DNA of 63,072 nucleotides, filler included, from Octopus bimaculoides (taxonomy: Eukaryota): the NCBI RefSeq assembly GCF_001194135.2. It is 5 parts of 4 records of this genome, joined end to end, with 100 filler letters (N's around TTAATTAATTAA, not from the genome) between each part and the next. Parts side by side here need not be neighbours in the genome. Positions count along the whole stretch, not along the records: positions 31,912 to 54,476 come from NC_068984.1; 4 more parts are not named here. One strand, written 5' to 3'. The position numbers and the translations under genes were made by a program. Below the pieces are notes generated by a model. It had not been told where the DNA came from and ran no database searches. It saw nothing but the letters and a program-made list of their open reading frames with translations. Of this stretch, positions 37,764 through 51,334 are shown one piece after another. Each line of letters begins with the position of its first letter. The first letter of the stretch is position 1.

Positions 37764-38809
37764 CCGTTACACAAAAATGATTGTTTTTTTGGCGTCAATG
37801 GCACTAATATTTTCGTCTGAGTGCAGAGATAATTATTAGGAGAAAAAATATACTTTCAGAAGATGGTAATAACAGCTTATAGAAGAGAAATTAACTGATC
37901 TAATTAACCATTAATAATATGTACTAATTAACGTTAATTGTTATATAAAAAGAAGAATATCGCTGTCTTTTAACGATGAAAGCACGTGGCTGCCTTTCAC
38001 AGCAGTGAATTATTGTAGCTGTTGGCCTGAGTGCGATGACAGTCTTTGAAACAAGTGAGATCCTTGCTAATTACTGCAAAAGAGATAAAAGAAAAATACA
38101 GAAAAGTTTTAATTCTTTGTAGACATTATGGGTAAAGTATATACTTGAGGAAAAAACAATGCGTCTAAGTAAATTTGGAAGCGATACAAGCTATTATTAT
38201 TGCTTTCTTTCCCTTTTTTTTTTTTAGTCATCAAATTCTGTAAAATACCAAACTTGGATTTTCGCACTAACTTAATTTCTTTGTCAGGGATGAGATTGAA
38301 AGAGTAAGAAACAGTAATGAATTTATTCATAAATATGTGCAGGCAGGCAGGCATGGCTATGTGATTAAGAATTACGCTTTACAATTATGTGGTTTCGGGT
38401 TCAGTTCCTACTACAATAACTCCAGGCCGAAAAATGCTTTGTGAGTGAATTTGGTGGACAAAAACTGTGCAAAAACCCTTCGTATGTTTGTTTGTCTCCA
38501 CAGAATAACAACCAGATTTTAAAATAAGTTTAGGGGTTGATTCATTTCTCTCTCACTCGGCCCCACCCACAGAATCAGCTACATTACGCTGTGTGAAGGT
38601 TCATGGGGGTCCACTCACTGTGTCCCTTTCTCCAGAAAGGAGAAAATGGATTGAGTGAGGAGGCTAGCAACACCTCTTCTCATAGAAAACTTTATATACT
38701 ATTAAAAGACATACACAAATACACACACTCAGATATATAATGTTCGATTGTTATTTCTGAAGACATTTTAAGAATAACAATCAAACGTTTACGGACACAA
38801 GAACTCAGT

Positions 38810-39020
38810 ATTGGTTTCATATTTTGGCACAAGATCAGTCAGTTCAAGGGAGTGGGCAAGTCGATTACATTGATCTCGGTGCCAAACTGGTACTTATTTT
38901 ATCGATCCCGAAAGGATGAAAGGCAAAAAATCGACGTTGGTGGAATTCGAACATAAAGGCGGGCGAAATACCACTAAGCATTTTGCCCGGCGCTGTAACC
39001 ATTCTGCCAGTTTGCCGCCT
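38810..39020 (-). mobile_element. SINE family B
   Basis: Full head-to-tail similarity to other B copies. Confidence 0.88.
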
Positions 39021-39622
39021 AACAAGAACTCGATATTAAAAGTAGAATGAAATATTTTTTTTTAAAATTCATTTTTACTGGGTCTTTTAAGCTTCGCCTT
39101 TAGGAAAACCTAAAAATCCCTATCAAAACGTATTCTATAACGCCACACACTATCACCCATACACACTCGCGTATATATATATATATATATATATNNNNNN
39201 NNNNNNNNNNNNNNNNNNNNNNNNNNNNNNNNNNNNNNNNNNNNNNNNNNNNNNNNNNNNNNNNNNNNNNNNNNNNNNNNNNNNNNNNNNNNNNNNNNNN
39301 NNNNNNNNNNNNNNNNNNNNNNNNNNNNNNNNNNNNNNNNNNNNNNNNNNNNNNNNNNNNNNNNNNNNNNNNNNNNNNNNNNNNNNNNNNNNNNNNNNNN
39401 NNNNNNNNNNNNNNNNNNNNNNNNNNNNNNNNNNNNNNNNNNNNNNNNNNNNNNNNNNNNNNNNNNNNNNNNNNNNNNNNNNNNNNNNNNNNNNNNNNNN
39501 NNNNNNNNNNNNNNNNNNNNNNNNNNNNNNNNNNNNNNNNNNNNNNNNNNNNNNNNNNNNNNNNNNNNNNNNNNNNNNNNNNNNNNNNNNNNNNNNNNNN
39601 NNNNNNNNNNNNNNNNNNNNNN

Positions 39623-39725
39623 GGACAAAAAAAAAAAAAATCGTCGGACGAAAAGACGTGGACGAAAAGACGTGGACGAAAAGATGTTCAACGAAGTGAC
39701 GTCGGACGAAAAGACATAGCACCGT
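39623..39725. repeat. Array of ggacgaaaagac(g)t motifs; probable transposon subterminal repeats
   Basis: Four to five copies of ggacgaaaagac, ending ...atagcaccg; the rest is lost in a gap. Confidence 0.6.
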
Positions 39726-42700
39726 TCTTCATTTACTTCGCTACGAGAATCTTATAGTTACAAATATAATTTATGACAAAACATATTTCTGTTTCCAGTA
39801 AAAGCCTTCGAAATAGACGAAACGAATGCGAATGTCCTCTGAGACAGCCCAACTGGTAGAATATTATCTGAAATATTATCATTTAATTTAACATCTGTCC
39901 AAAAAGCCATTTAATATCTTCTCTGATGTTGCATGTCGACTCCAGTAATAGCTGATGGAAAATCAAAGAAACTAAATAAAAATGTGTTCAATTAACCACT
40001 GTAGGATGAGAGACATTCCCAGTATGTAGAGACCGCAACGTGCTTTCAATATCCAGTTGAAACAGCTTTTCTCTACTTAAACTTCTCATGCAATGAGGTG
40101 AACCATCATACAATTCTTTTTCCTCTTTGTGTATAATTTTGTGTCTAATGAAAAATAAATGACGCAGATAAGAATAAATGACGTAGATACGGAAATAATA
40201 TTATTCTCAAACGCAGGATAGTGCTAATAATATAGCAAGGACAGGATAAACTATCCATATTTTGCAGAAAAATCTGTCGGCGGCCAGCCATGAGATTCGA
40301 ACTCACATCCCTGTGATTACGCGTCAAGTGCAGTTTAATTTTTCCCACATTACAGAGATTCAGAGAGAGAGAGAGAGTTTATATCGTGTAGGAGTTTTGT
40401 TGTTTTAAGCAGGTAAAATTTAAGTCTCTTGATAAATAAGGACATTAGTGTATTGCAGGTAGATTTTTCTCCCCACAAAAGTTATTGCTGTTCTTTAGCC
40501 CTGGGTCAGACCTACTCGAGGAGATCTATGATCAAAAATGTTTTAGTCTTTTCTCTTTTTTCAGTGTATCAAGAACTACATCTGGCAACGTCCTCATCCT
40601 TTTATAAAATTATAAGACGGTAAGATCTTCGAAAGATTTGGCCGTTACATAGAAACTCCCTAGTTTCTGCGAAAGTAATCAAATACGGGACGGCACGTTT
40701 AAGAAAACACTCGTCAATTGTACAATGTTACTGTTGTCTTCCAATGAAACTGCCTTACATCATCAGTTTCAAGCACCTTGGCCATAAATACAACACAATA
40801 CTGTTAATATGAAACGAATTGCTAAAATTTCAATGATTAGTAATTAGTTTACCATTTTTCGATAAAGAGAACTAATTTAGTTGAAATTCTAATTTAAAAA
40901 AAAGTTTCTTTTCGCTCAATTGACATTATTTTACATCAAATCAATATGGGCCGCATAAATTTTNNNNNNNNNNNNNNNNNNNNNNNNNNNNNNNNNNNNN
41001 NNNNNNNNNNNNNNNNNNNNNNNNNNNNNNNNNNNNNNNNNNNNNNNNNNNNNNNNNNNNNNNNNNNNNNNNNNNNNNNNNNNNNNNNNNNNNNNNNNNN
41101 NNNNNNNNNNNNNNNNNNNNNNNNNNNNNNNNNNNNNNNNNNNNNNNNATATATGAAAATAAAAAAAGATTCTATGAAGGCTAAATTTATTATAGCATCC
41201 GGCTTTTTATCATTTCGAACCCTTCAAGATATCACCTGTCTTGAAATCTAAGCACAAATTTTACATCAATAAATTAGTGTAGAATTTGCTCTGAAATGCT
41301 TAGAAACTACAGAAACCAATTGAGAACAAAGGTTAAGTTTGGGTTAAAATATGACGTTTCTGCTGATGAGTCAGAGATTCCAAGATCTGATAAGGGGGAA
41401 ACGTCAACAATTTAAATGCTGAGCTTATTTTTCTTCTTTCACCGATAAAGAAGGAACGTTTCACTGGAGAATTATCCATTTGAAAGTTTTCTTTCTTCAG
41501 TTTCAAATAGTAAAGTTAGACTATTATATTACTTAATTTTAGAAGTATCAAATATACAGAAAAAGTTTAAAGCAGACCTTCATAATTCTTTATGGTCTCT
41601 CATCACAATTTATACTTCCGTGGGTCAGTTCCCACTTGATTATTTGACTGAGATGCAAATTTCAGACAGTGCCTGCTAAGCCTCAGCCGTCTTTCTACTA
41701 TTCGCTGGCACAGATATGTTTTCTCAAAGGTTATATTTATAAGTGTAAGGATTATAAATAAAGATTCGTACTCGGGTCACTTCATACGTAAATGTAGGCA
41801 GATTTACGCATTTGGCGATTTATAAAACTCTTTATTGTGAATAAAGAGAGGGCCATAATTTTTTATGGTCTCTCATCACGATTTATACTCTCATCTCGAT
41901 TTATACATTTTTTAATACTTGGCAGAATCAGTAAGTCACCAGTTAAAGTATCTTATAATTTTAGTTATGTCGCTTTACGTTCTACGCTCACAACCAACCT
42001 CCCTCGTTCCCCCCACCACCACCACCGCCTTTCTAACCTTGACAAACAACTGATTGTTTGTTTAACCAACAGACAGATTAAACAAACCATCGATTTGCTT
42101 GTCAGTTAGATATCTAGCTAATTGAATAACAATTATAAAAGTGATATTGAACCAGTGCGTGTGATCATTATTATTGGTGTAATGACCCTCCCGAGTTACA
42201 ACATAATATACTTGACTTAGAATTGACTTTAAACTAGTCAACGTGTGTGTGTGTGTGTGTGTGTGTCTGTCTGTCTGTCTGTGTGTGTGTGAGAAAGAGA
42301 GAGAGAGAGAGAGAGAGATAGATAAGATTTTTCCCCTTGTAAATATTACGAACAGTTTTCGTTACGCCCCCAGTTGCTAGGGAATTTATCGACTGGTGAG
42401 AATATTGGTGGTGTATTCCAGAAATGTCATTAACTCCTGCTTATTACTCCGACCACCTACATGTAATAAAGATCTTACTCGATAGTTGAACTACTAGAAA
42501 TTGCAATTAAATAACTCTCATTTTACACACTACTGTCACTAAAATAGAACAAGGGGACATATTGAATAATGTATTACGAGATACACTAAATTTGAAAATA
42601 AATACAAATTGTGTCTAAACGCCCTTTTATAATAGGCTTGCTTGATCGGGCCTGATCTGACGCTAAACAAAGACACATATAGTTGTGTTATTCATTGCAA

Positions 42701-43031
42701 CTGTACGAGTGTGATTTTTATTAGCGAAACCTACAAGTGTGCCGTCTTATCGAGAAGACTGGGTCTCTGGTGTCCTCTAATCACTAAGATCTTTTTTAAA
42801 AAACCCTGAGCGATACACCCTAATATCTACAAAGGAAAAACTCTTACACACATACACACATAAACTTTATTTTAAAGTCAATTCTATGGCAAATATATCA
42901 TGTTGTATCTCGGAAGGGTCATTACGCCAATTCACTAACTATTTAATATCTTAAATAAAAGGAAAAGTAAAGAAGTAAATTGTGAGGAAAGGAGGGAATT
43001 TCATTTTAGAGAGTTTCTGTGGAGAGGAATG

Positions 43032-43549
43032 GGATCTTGTTTAAAACGGGGGCACCAGTATTTTCTTAACGAAACACTTTGAAATTTGGGACACTGGTAG
43101 AATGTGTCATATAAAACATCTTTTTCTCTTAGTCTTCTTAACAAAAACACGCACATCGCAAGTTATTTCATGTTAAAGTTGTCGTATTTCTGTAATTTCA
43201 ACCAATGACTGACGTCCATTCAGCCGTAAAAATTAAGTGCTGACTACGTAAACAAACGATTCTCAAACGATTCTGGCGGTGATAAANNNNNNNNNNGAGA
43301 TTAAATAAATACGCTTTACACCGCTTAAATTGCCAAAGGAGTAAGTGTAAACAGCTGAATACTTGTCAGTGATTGGTTGAAATTATCGAAATAAGACAAT
43401 TTTTTACATGAAATAAATTCGAATACAAAATTTTTTTTGTGTTCTATAACACAAAATAGATAAGTATACGAAATTTGAAAGTCTTTCGGTACCAAAAACA
43501 CTACATAAAACATAAATGAAAACTGGTGCCCCCGTTTTGAACAAGATCT
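43032..43549. mobile_element. MITE with ~28-bp TIRs and 8-bp TSD GAGGAATG
   Basis: ggatcttgtttaaaacgggggcaccagt / actggtgcccccgttttgaacaagatct; gaggaatg at 43024-31 and 43550-57. Confidence 0.9.
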
Positions 43550-45271
43550 GAGGAATGTCCTTCTCAGTTCAAATATCATTGAATTTCAAGATATGATATA
43601 TTATGACCTCACTTGAATAAAAGAAAATAGCAAGCATCTTTTCAACTTACTGAGATTCTTGAGAGCCAGTACCGAACTTCAGTTTCACAGAGCCAAATGA
43701 TTAAACGATAAGACTCCTCACTCACGTCGGAATAGGACGTCAGTATATCTGATCTGATATCGCCATCAACAACAAGTAAATGAACTGAATCAATACAAAA
43801 AAAAATGTAAAGTAAAGCTTTAACATACAAGAAAGCGGATATATTGCATTTGAATCTTTAACCTAAGAGCTGGTAACACAGGACATATTTTTATACTTGT
43901 GATTATTTTAAATTTACAATTACTCAAACCAATGAGAAAGCTTCAAAGCTGCCGCTAAGCCTGGTAGAAATAGCAGCCAAATTTCCCTCAGACTATACTT
44001 ACAGTTTGTTTGTTTTTTTTTAAGAGTAGGACAGACATTAGATTATGAAGTTATGACTACGCTCCCGCAGACGGAATGGTCGTGGCTAGAATACCTTTGA
44101 TCATGTCTGTTCGATCAGTTCTGGCCTGTGGCTAGACAACTAAAAGTTGTAATCATTGACATTTTGCTTCGGCCTGATAGTCAGGAGTGATCAATGCTTG
44201 TTATTCGAAACAGAACATCGCCTGACTGAAATAGAGTTTCCACGATGCTGATATTTAACAGCAGATATAGTTGTAGGTCATGGTGTGGGGGTTAAAAAGA
44301 GAGAATTTGAATAAATTGTAGATGGGTCTATTTGTGAAAATGGACATTCTCTAATCTTTTCGGTTGAGGAATGTGGAAAATGTTTCTTTTCCATGAAATG
44401 TAATTATTTACAGGGATTCGCCGTTTATTTGGCAAACAATGATGAAGCGGTTTCAAGATATAATATTTATATACATTTGTGAAAGGGTATGTCGTTGGGT
44501 AAAGAGAAAAAAAAATATCCATCTGCGATATGTAGGGTGTATGTGAGTGCGAATATAAATAAATCTTTTGGCTGACATGCGCTTAGTAAAAAAAAAAAGA
44601 AAAAGATGGAAGCCATATTCCCTCTATTTAAACCTTAAGCCAACTATAAATACAACACATAACGCACCCAATTACTCAGTAGTGTGTTCTGTTATATATA
44701 GAAACAGTTTTAATCGAATGACATGAGCCAGTTTTACTCCCCTTAATAACACCAACAAAGTCCCTGTGTGCGCAGGGAACGTATAATGTAACAAAGCAAA
44801 AATAAATAAAAGGATTAAGCAGCTACAACAGCGCTGGGTCGTCTGTTATTATAAAAGTAACACAAAAACCGTATCATGAGATTTTTCTGGGTGGAGTTAT
44901 AGAATAACTTCTCTGGCAATTTACGGTTACTGTGATACCTGGTGTTGATTCAACTGGTGTACAACATACAACAAAGAAAACACAGCAGAAGTAATGACAA
45001 CATTATTAATAACTACTATCGCACAAAAAAATAGCAACAAAAACAGCAACTTAATGTAAATATTTGGAGGTCAGAAATAGCAATAATGTTACTATTTCGT
45101 GGATAAACGGGATTTTCTTGTCCACCGGATAGTAATAATAATAATTCCTGTCACTGAGAACTTCTCATTTAAACTATGTGATTGACACGGAGCTGAACTT
45201 ATTAAGGATCAAGTTAGTGAACAAATATATACTTTTTAACAATAAGACAAAACACCTTTCCAACTTCAGAA

Positions 45272-45328
<57 letters not shown>

Positions 45329-45445
45329 CATTTTTATGTATATTATATAAATATATACATTCTTTATTTCAATTTTTTACATATGATGTATATGTTCAAT
45401 ATATATATATATATATAAGTTTTATATAATACACACTCGTCACAC

Positions 45446-45480
<35 letters not shown>

Positions 45481-45659
45481 CACATACATACATACATACA
45501 TACATACATACATACATACATACATACGTAAATGTGAGTGTGTGTATGCGTATACAATTCAAATATTATATGTTAGACATGCATATATTTTTTTTTTATT
45601 CAAATTTCATGTGTATTATATATAAACGTTCATATAATCGAATTATCCGCGTGCACACA

Positions 45660-46745
45660 GCATAGTCAGTCGAAGAGGGACAGTACCCATGCGATATTTG
45701 TCCTCAGCTGTTTGGAGTAGTCCGCGTGTCGGAGATGGGAGTAGCCTTTACTGCCTACCTACCTGCTGCCGTTCTCTACAAGAGATGTGGAATTCTGATA
45801 AGCCGATAACAGCTGATGAAATACGGGAAGTGTTGGCTGGTTGCACGAGCATGAAGTTGCTGGGGCTGAATGGTGTGCCCGTACGAGATCTATCTTCATA
45901 TGCCAGCTTCATTTGGCGGCCACTTAGTAGGTGTCTTCTGCAACTGACAGCATAACGCGAGAACTTCCAGTCCTAGGAAAAGAGGTGTGGTGCTGCAGCT
46001 GAGAAAGAACCCAAGCAAGTAAAATATGTCTAACAACTTCAGGTTCGTAACACTGCTAAATGTAAAACTGAAGATTTTGGCTAAGGTGCTTGCTAAGAGT
46101 TTGGCTCTTATTGATACTTTGGAAGGTGAGACACGGACATGCGCTAAACCAAACAGGTCTCTCCACGACGACTTCATCCATCATGCATAGTGTTGGTAAA
46201 CATTTTGGCATGGGTGGGGTTTGATCAATTTAGTTCAGTCGAAAACCTTCGAAAGAGTTGGCCATTAATACGTGGCGGCTGTCCTCACGGCAGTTGGTTC
46301 CTCTCTTCAAAGGCCAGATCGCTGCAATGTACAGGGATATCTGCTTGGTGGTCAGAGTAAATTACCACCGATCGGAACCATTCAATATCATGCATTCAGT
46401 CTGTCAAGGGTGCTCCCCTCTCGCTCCTTATGTACGTATTGGCACTCGAGCTATCACTGCGGAAGTTTGAGGCTTCTCCCACATCCTGCGTGAACCAAGA
46501 TATAGGAGAGTTGTATCAGCATATGCGGGCAACTTTCACGACGTAAAAGTGTTGGACAGCCAACACAATGAGGTCATAGGTACTGTTCTGAGGGAGTACG
46601 AATCGATGACTGGAGCAAAAATTAACCAGGAAATGTTGGTAGGCCAATAGTTAGATACCTGGAAACGCATATCCGTGCTACCAAGTGTCATGGAGCGCTG
46701 GGCGGATGGACTGATCAAATTGCTCGGGGTTTGGTTTCGTTTGGT
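45660..46745 (+). pseudogene. Tx1/L1-clade LINE ORF2 reverse transcriptase relic
   Basis: DKPITADEIREVL..LGLNGVP, FRFVTLLNVKLKILAKVLA, QSKTFERVGH (QEKAFDRV), SVCQGC (SVRQGCPLS), VSAYA; stops and frameshifts. Confidence 0.9.
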
Positions 46746-46755
46746 TTGTCCAGAC

Positions 46756-46965
46756 CTTAGCAGTATTTCGCCCGTCACTACGTTCTAAGTTCAAATTCTG
46801 CCGAGGTCGACTTTGCCTTTCATTCTTTTGGGGTCGATTAAATAAGTACCATTTGAGTACTGGGGTCGATGTAATCGACTATCACCTCCCCCAAATTCCA
46901 GGCCTTGTGCCTATAGTAGAAAGGATTATTATTATTATTATTATTAGTAGTAGTAGTAGTAGTAG
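46756..46965 (+). mobile_element. SINE family B (5'-truncated) with (ATT)/(AGT) tail
   Basis: aagttcaaattctgccgaggtcgactttgcc...ggccttgtgcctatagtagaaagg. Confidence 0.9.
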
Positions 46966-47787
46966 TTATCTATTTATTTATTTGGTGATAAGGAAATAAC
47001 AGCGATTTATGCAAGCTGAAATTCCCGAAATTGATAAATTGCTCGTTTGGGGTTTCAAGGTTTCACTGTGCATGAAAAAAACGATTTATTTAACCTAACT
47101 ATCACGAAACAAAAGATCGAGAGGTTAAATTAATTGAGTAATTTGTGACGAGATTTATGTTCTAAAGAGCAGAACTATTAATTAATTTGCACATAATATG
47201 AGTGTGTTCGGCATTTTAGCTGTCTCGGATAACAGCCATTAACTTTTTCCTCACTTACTAAATGCCATGTTTTCATGTCAGCAGTATATTATCAATCTAG
47301 TAATTCTGATTGGAGTTCTCCTTTAATATTCTGTAAAATACATACTCTTGAATAATACCTTCGATACAAGGATGAATGACACACAATCTTTTCATACTCT
47401 TTAATAAAATTGTAGCTAACTGTTTGTGTATATTTGATTAATAAATATCTTTTAATTAAAATTGTCGTATAAAGTAGAACAAATATACAAGTAATTAGAT
47501 TTAATTAGAGAAAAAACCCGGGAATATTTTGCAGGAGATTATCAACTACGAGCATAAAATCGCGGATTCGATTTTTTGGCCGGGTAGTACGTTGTGTTTT
47601 TAAAAGAGGAGTTTCATTTAATGTCACTTCACTCTAATAAATTTTTTCTACTTAGGTATCTAAAGCAATTAGCTGACTTAATGCCATTGATCAACTTGAG
47701 CTACTTCCCTTAGATCATTTTTTCCTGCTGCATCATTTTAGTTCTACTGATCCATCACCAAATCATTCTGCGTCCCATTTCTCTCTC

Positions 47788-47839
<52 letters not shown>

Positions 47840-48006
47840 NNNNNNNNNNNNNNNNNNNNNNNNNNNNNNNNNNNNNNNNNNNNNNNNNNNNNNNNNNNNN
47901 NNNNNNNNNNNNNNNNNNNNNNNNNNNNNNNNNNNNNNNNNNNNNNNNNNNNNNNNNNNNNNNNNNNNNNNNNNNNNNNNNNNNNNNNNNNNNNNNNNNN
48001 NNNNNA

Positions 48007-48174
48007 CAACCGATGGTGGTGTGTTCCCGTAACCTAGCGGTTCGGCAAAAAGAGACCCATAGAATAAGTACTAGGCTTACAAAGAATAAGTTCTGGGGTC
48101 GATTTGCTCGACTAAAGGCGGTGCTCCAGTATGGCCGCAGTCAAATGACTGAAACAAGTAAAAGAGTAAAAGAG

Positions 48175-48175
<1 letters not shown>
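48007..48175 (+). mobile_element. SINE family A, 3' part
   Basis: gcggttcggcaaaa...gcagtcaaatgactgaaacaagtaaaagag. Confidence 0.9.
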
Positions 48176-48205
<30 letters not shown>

Positions 48206-48414
48206 ATGTATTTATGTATGTATAGCTACTTATTCATAGCTCTGATTGGACACGAACGCATGAGGCGTTGCGTGAGTGATGTCTTTAACGCCTTTTTCTC
48301 TTACTTCTTGCAAAATCATGTTTTATTCAATGTAATTAGCTCATCCAAATTTTATCCCTAAACATCATATTTGTCATGTTGAGTCAGTGGTTGTGCGGTA
48401 AGAAACTCGCTTCC

Positions 48415-50600
48415 GGTGAACCAGAGTGGACGTGAGTTTGTTGCGCTCCGTTTATTGAAAGGAAAAAAGAACAAAAACAAAGGTCGGCGAGTTAGGTGAT
48501 TTTGTTTTATCTGAGCTGGGCGTAATTTGTTATATTGTAATTTTTGTTAATAAATTTCGTACAACTCTGGGACAATTTCGCCTGCTCTCGGTGGCTGCTG
48601 TTTTTGTATATTGCGAATTCTTTGAATTCGTTTAAAAAAAAGGGGGCGTATCCTCGCCCGAATGAATAGAACCGGATACAGTTGCTGTTGCAGTTACCGT
48701 TGGCCGTAGCCTGTATTCGTGTTTGGATTTATTGGATTTATTTTACCAATTACCGGAAAAAAAAAGATTCACGCCAAGGACCCNNNNNNNNNNNNNNNNN
48801 NNNNNNNNNNNNNNNNNNNNNNNNNNNNNNNNNNNNNNNNNNNNNNNNNNNNNNNNNNNNNNNNNNNNNNNNNNNNNNNNNNNNNNNNNNNNNNNNNNNN
48901 NNNNNNNNNNNNNNNNNNNNNNNNNNNNNNNNNNNNNNNNNNNNNNNNNNNNNNNNNNNNNNNNNNNNNNNNNNNNNNNNNNNNNNNNNNNNNNNNNNNN
49001 NNNNNNNNNNNNNNNNNNNNNNNNNNNNNNNNNNNNNNNNNNNNNNNNNNNNNNNNCTTTTTTCTTTGACCTTTCTTTGAACTTTTAAGACTTATTTCTT
49101 GATGCACATGGCAAAAATAAACAGTGCCGCTGATTTGGAGTGGAAGGTAGTCCCACCCAAACATTGGATTAAAGATCTTGAGAAGAGGACGGTGGTGCTA
49201 CGGACCTATTCCAGGTTGCGTGGTGCCATCGCCCTTTTCGACAAGAATGTGATAGAGGAAGAGTTAGCAGACTACCTGCCAACTATAAAATTTATTTCTC
49301 GGTGGACTAAATGTGCAACGGTATGGTTGCTGTTTGGTACCCCGAGGAACCTGGCAAATTTGCCAGCATTCCCTTGAGGAGCAAGAAATTTTGTTCCTCC
49401 CCAATTATTGTGGGAGGAGGGTGATAAGAGCCTGGGTGTGTGGGCTACCTCCGGGCACAGAAGCGGGATGGATCGGTGATACCATCCGGCAGGGCCTTGG
49501 AGATAGTGGGGCCCAGGCTCTTAAATGTGAGAATGACGCCTGCTGTTGATTGGGAAGGGGCAAAAGCAATTTTGATCCTATGGACGCCATCGGCCGCAGG
49601 CGAAATTGTATTCCCAGACTTCCTATAAATGGCTGGCTGTAGGTATCCAGTGATACTTGAGGGTCGCCCTCCCCCCAAGTGCCAAGTGTCANNNNNNNNN
49701 NNNNNNNNNNNNNNNNNNNNNNNNNNNNNNNNNNNNNNNNNNNNNNNNNNNNNNNNNNNNNNNNNNNNNNNNNNNNNNNNNNNNNNNNNNNNNNNNNNNN
49801 NNNNNNNNNNNNNNNNNNNNNNNNNNNNNNNNNNNNNNNNNNNNNNNNNNNNNNNNNNNNNNNNNNNNNNNNNNNNNNNNNNNNNNNNNNNNNNNNNNNN
49901 NNNNNNNNNNNNNNNNNNNNNNNNNNNNNNNNNNNNNNNNNNNNNNNNNNNNNNNNNNNNNNNNNNNCAACCCCAAAACCTGTAAAAGAAAGAAGAGAAA
50001 AAAAAAGAAATGGGAGACGGTCGGCGGAAGGTACTGTGCCACCGACCGAACCCGTTGCCCCTCCGGTGGGAAATGTGCTACCGGAGAAAGAGAAGCTGCC
50101 AGCGGAAACGGTGCCGCGGTCAGAAGACTCTTCCTCTGAGGAGGAGGATATTATCCTCCTGTACATCAGAGGGAGGGAAGTTGAAAGGCTCCTGGATCGT
50201 GCATGTGGCCGCGAGAGATTCTTTTCTGCATGCACATCAGCAGCAAGATGGCCCCCGCAGGTGGCCGCTGAGGTGGTTACCCGTACCACTATTAACATGG
50301 TCAAGGCCACCAATGGAATGAGTTATTTATACTTTACTAACGAAGTGGATTACAACATGGACTCTTGCCTGATGGCAGCATCAGGTTTGCTGATGGAGAA
50401 TTATTGATAGTAAATTGATTATCGATTGTAAATTAATTGTAACCATAGTGAACAAAGGTTTTCGAGGGGTTACCGATTGGTGGGCGTCGGTGTCCCTCTC
50501 ATTTTTCATCTATGTCATCCTCATTTTGTCATTAATGTTTCTGTCCAGCCCTAGCTTTTGCTAATCTTTGTAATGCCTTAATGGCAAGTTTCATGAAATA
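48415..50600 (+). mobile_element. Tx1-like element with ORF1 only (HAL1-like), decayed, with putative 15-bp TSD
   Basis: ORF1 from ~49102 to 50407 with 2 frameshifts, a stop and a gap; VILEGRPPPKC precedes an expected zinc knuckle; 3' UTR ends gaaata; flanks aagaaactcgcttcc (48400-14) and aagaagcttgcttcc (50601-15). Confidence 0.7.
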
Positions 50601-51334
50601 AAGAAGCTTGCTTCCAGTTTATCGTAATTCATTTGGATTGTTGGTTTTGTTTATGATACACGTGTTTTTTGGCTGTCTTGGCGGTGCGACGTTTTTCCTC
50701 TTGTGTGATGGAGGAGCGTCGAACGAGGAGTTATGAGAAGTTGAAGTATTCAACCTCAGAATTCGATTCATCTGAGGAGTTGGTGTACGTAAATAAGCTA
50801 CCCATATATATTTGCTCAAAATTTAATTGATTTTTTAAAAAAACCTTTATTGAGCTTTCTATTAATCGCTTTGCATAAAATAAATATTTTCGTTATAATG
50901 GCAAAGTATTCATTCTTACACTTCAGTCAGAAGTACCTGTATACAACATGTCTGGCTGACGGTATACGTGTTGAAACACCGCCGCCCGAGAGTCCTTTGT
51001 GCCAAGGACCCGAGCGTGTTATGCACACTGGGTCGTAAAAGGGTATTGTTCTCCAGTGACGTGGACGTACATAACAGCGACTGCATATATTTGGCGTTTG
51101 AATCTACCGGAACTCATTAAGAATAAATGCGCAAATCATCGTTTCAGGTCTCGCTCTACACAGTGCAAATAACGACTTCACACACACACACTTATTTACT
51201 GGAACATGAAACTTCACAAAATGCTACTCCGTGATTCTTATGCCGATTTCTAGACGATTATGCCTTTTATACTACTATACTGTATTTGATTCATTCTACG
51301 GCTTCCATTCACACCACATCAGTTTAATAATATC

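Noticed and set aside
40275-40335. tRNA gene (gagttcgaatc B-box on - strand)
   Set aside because: No A-box or complete cloverleaf; a SINE-head fragment. The same applies to all tRNA-like heads in the window.
40565-40619. Apparent exon with good acceptor and gtaaga donor
   Set aside because: It lies within a dispersed repeat seen elsewhere in the window and has no cysteines to continue the LU domain.
41353-41405. Second hammerhead-like motif (ctgatgag...gaaacgtc)
   Set aside because: A 7-nt insertion precedes GAAA and helix I cannot form; at most a decayed Penelope repeat.
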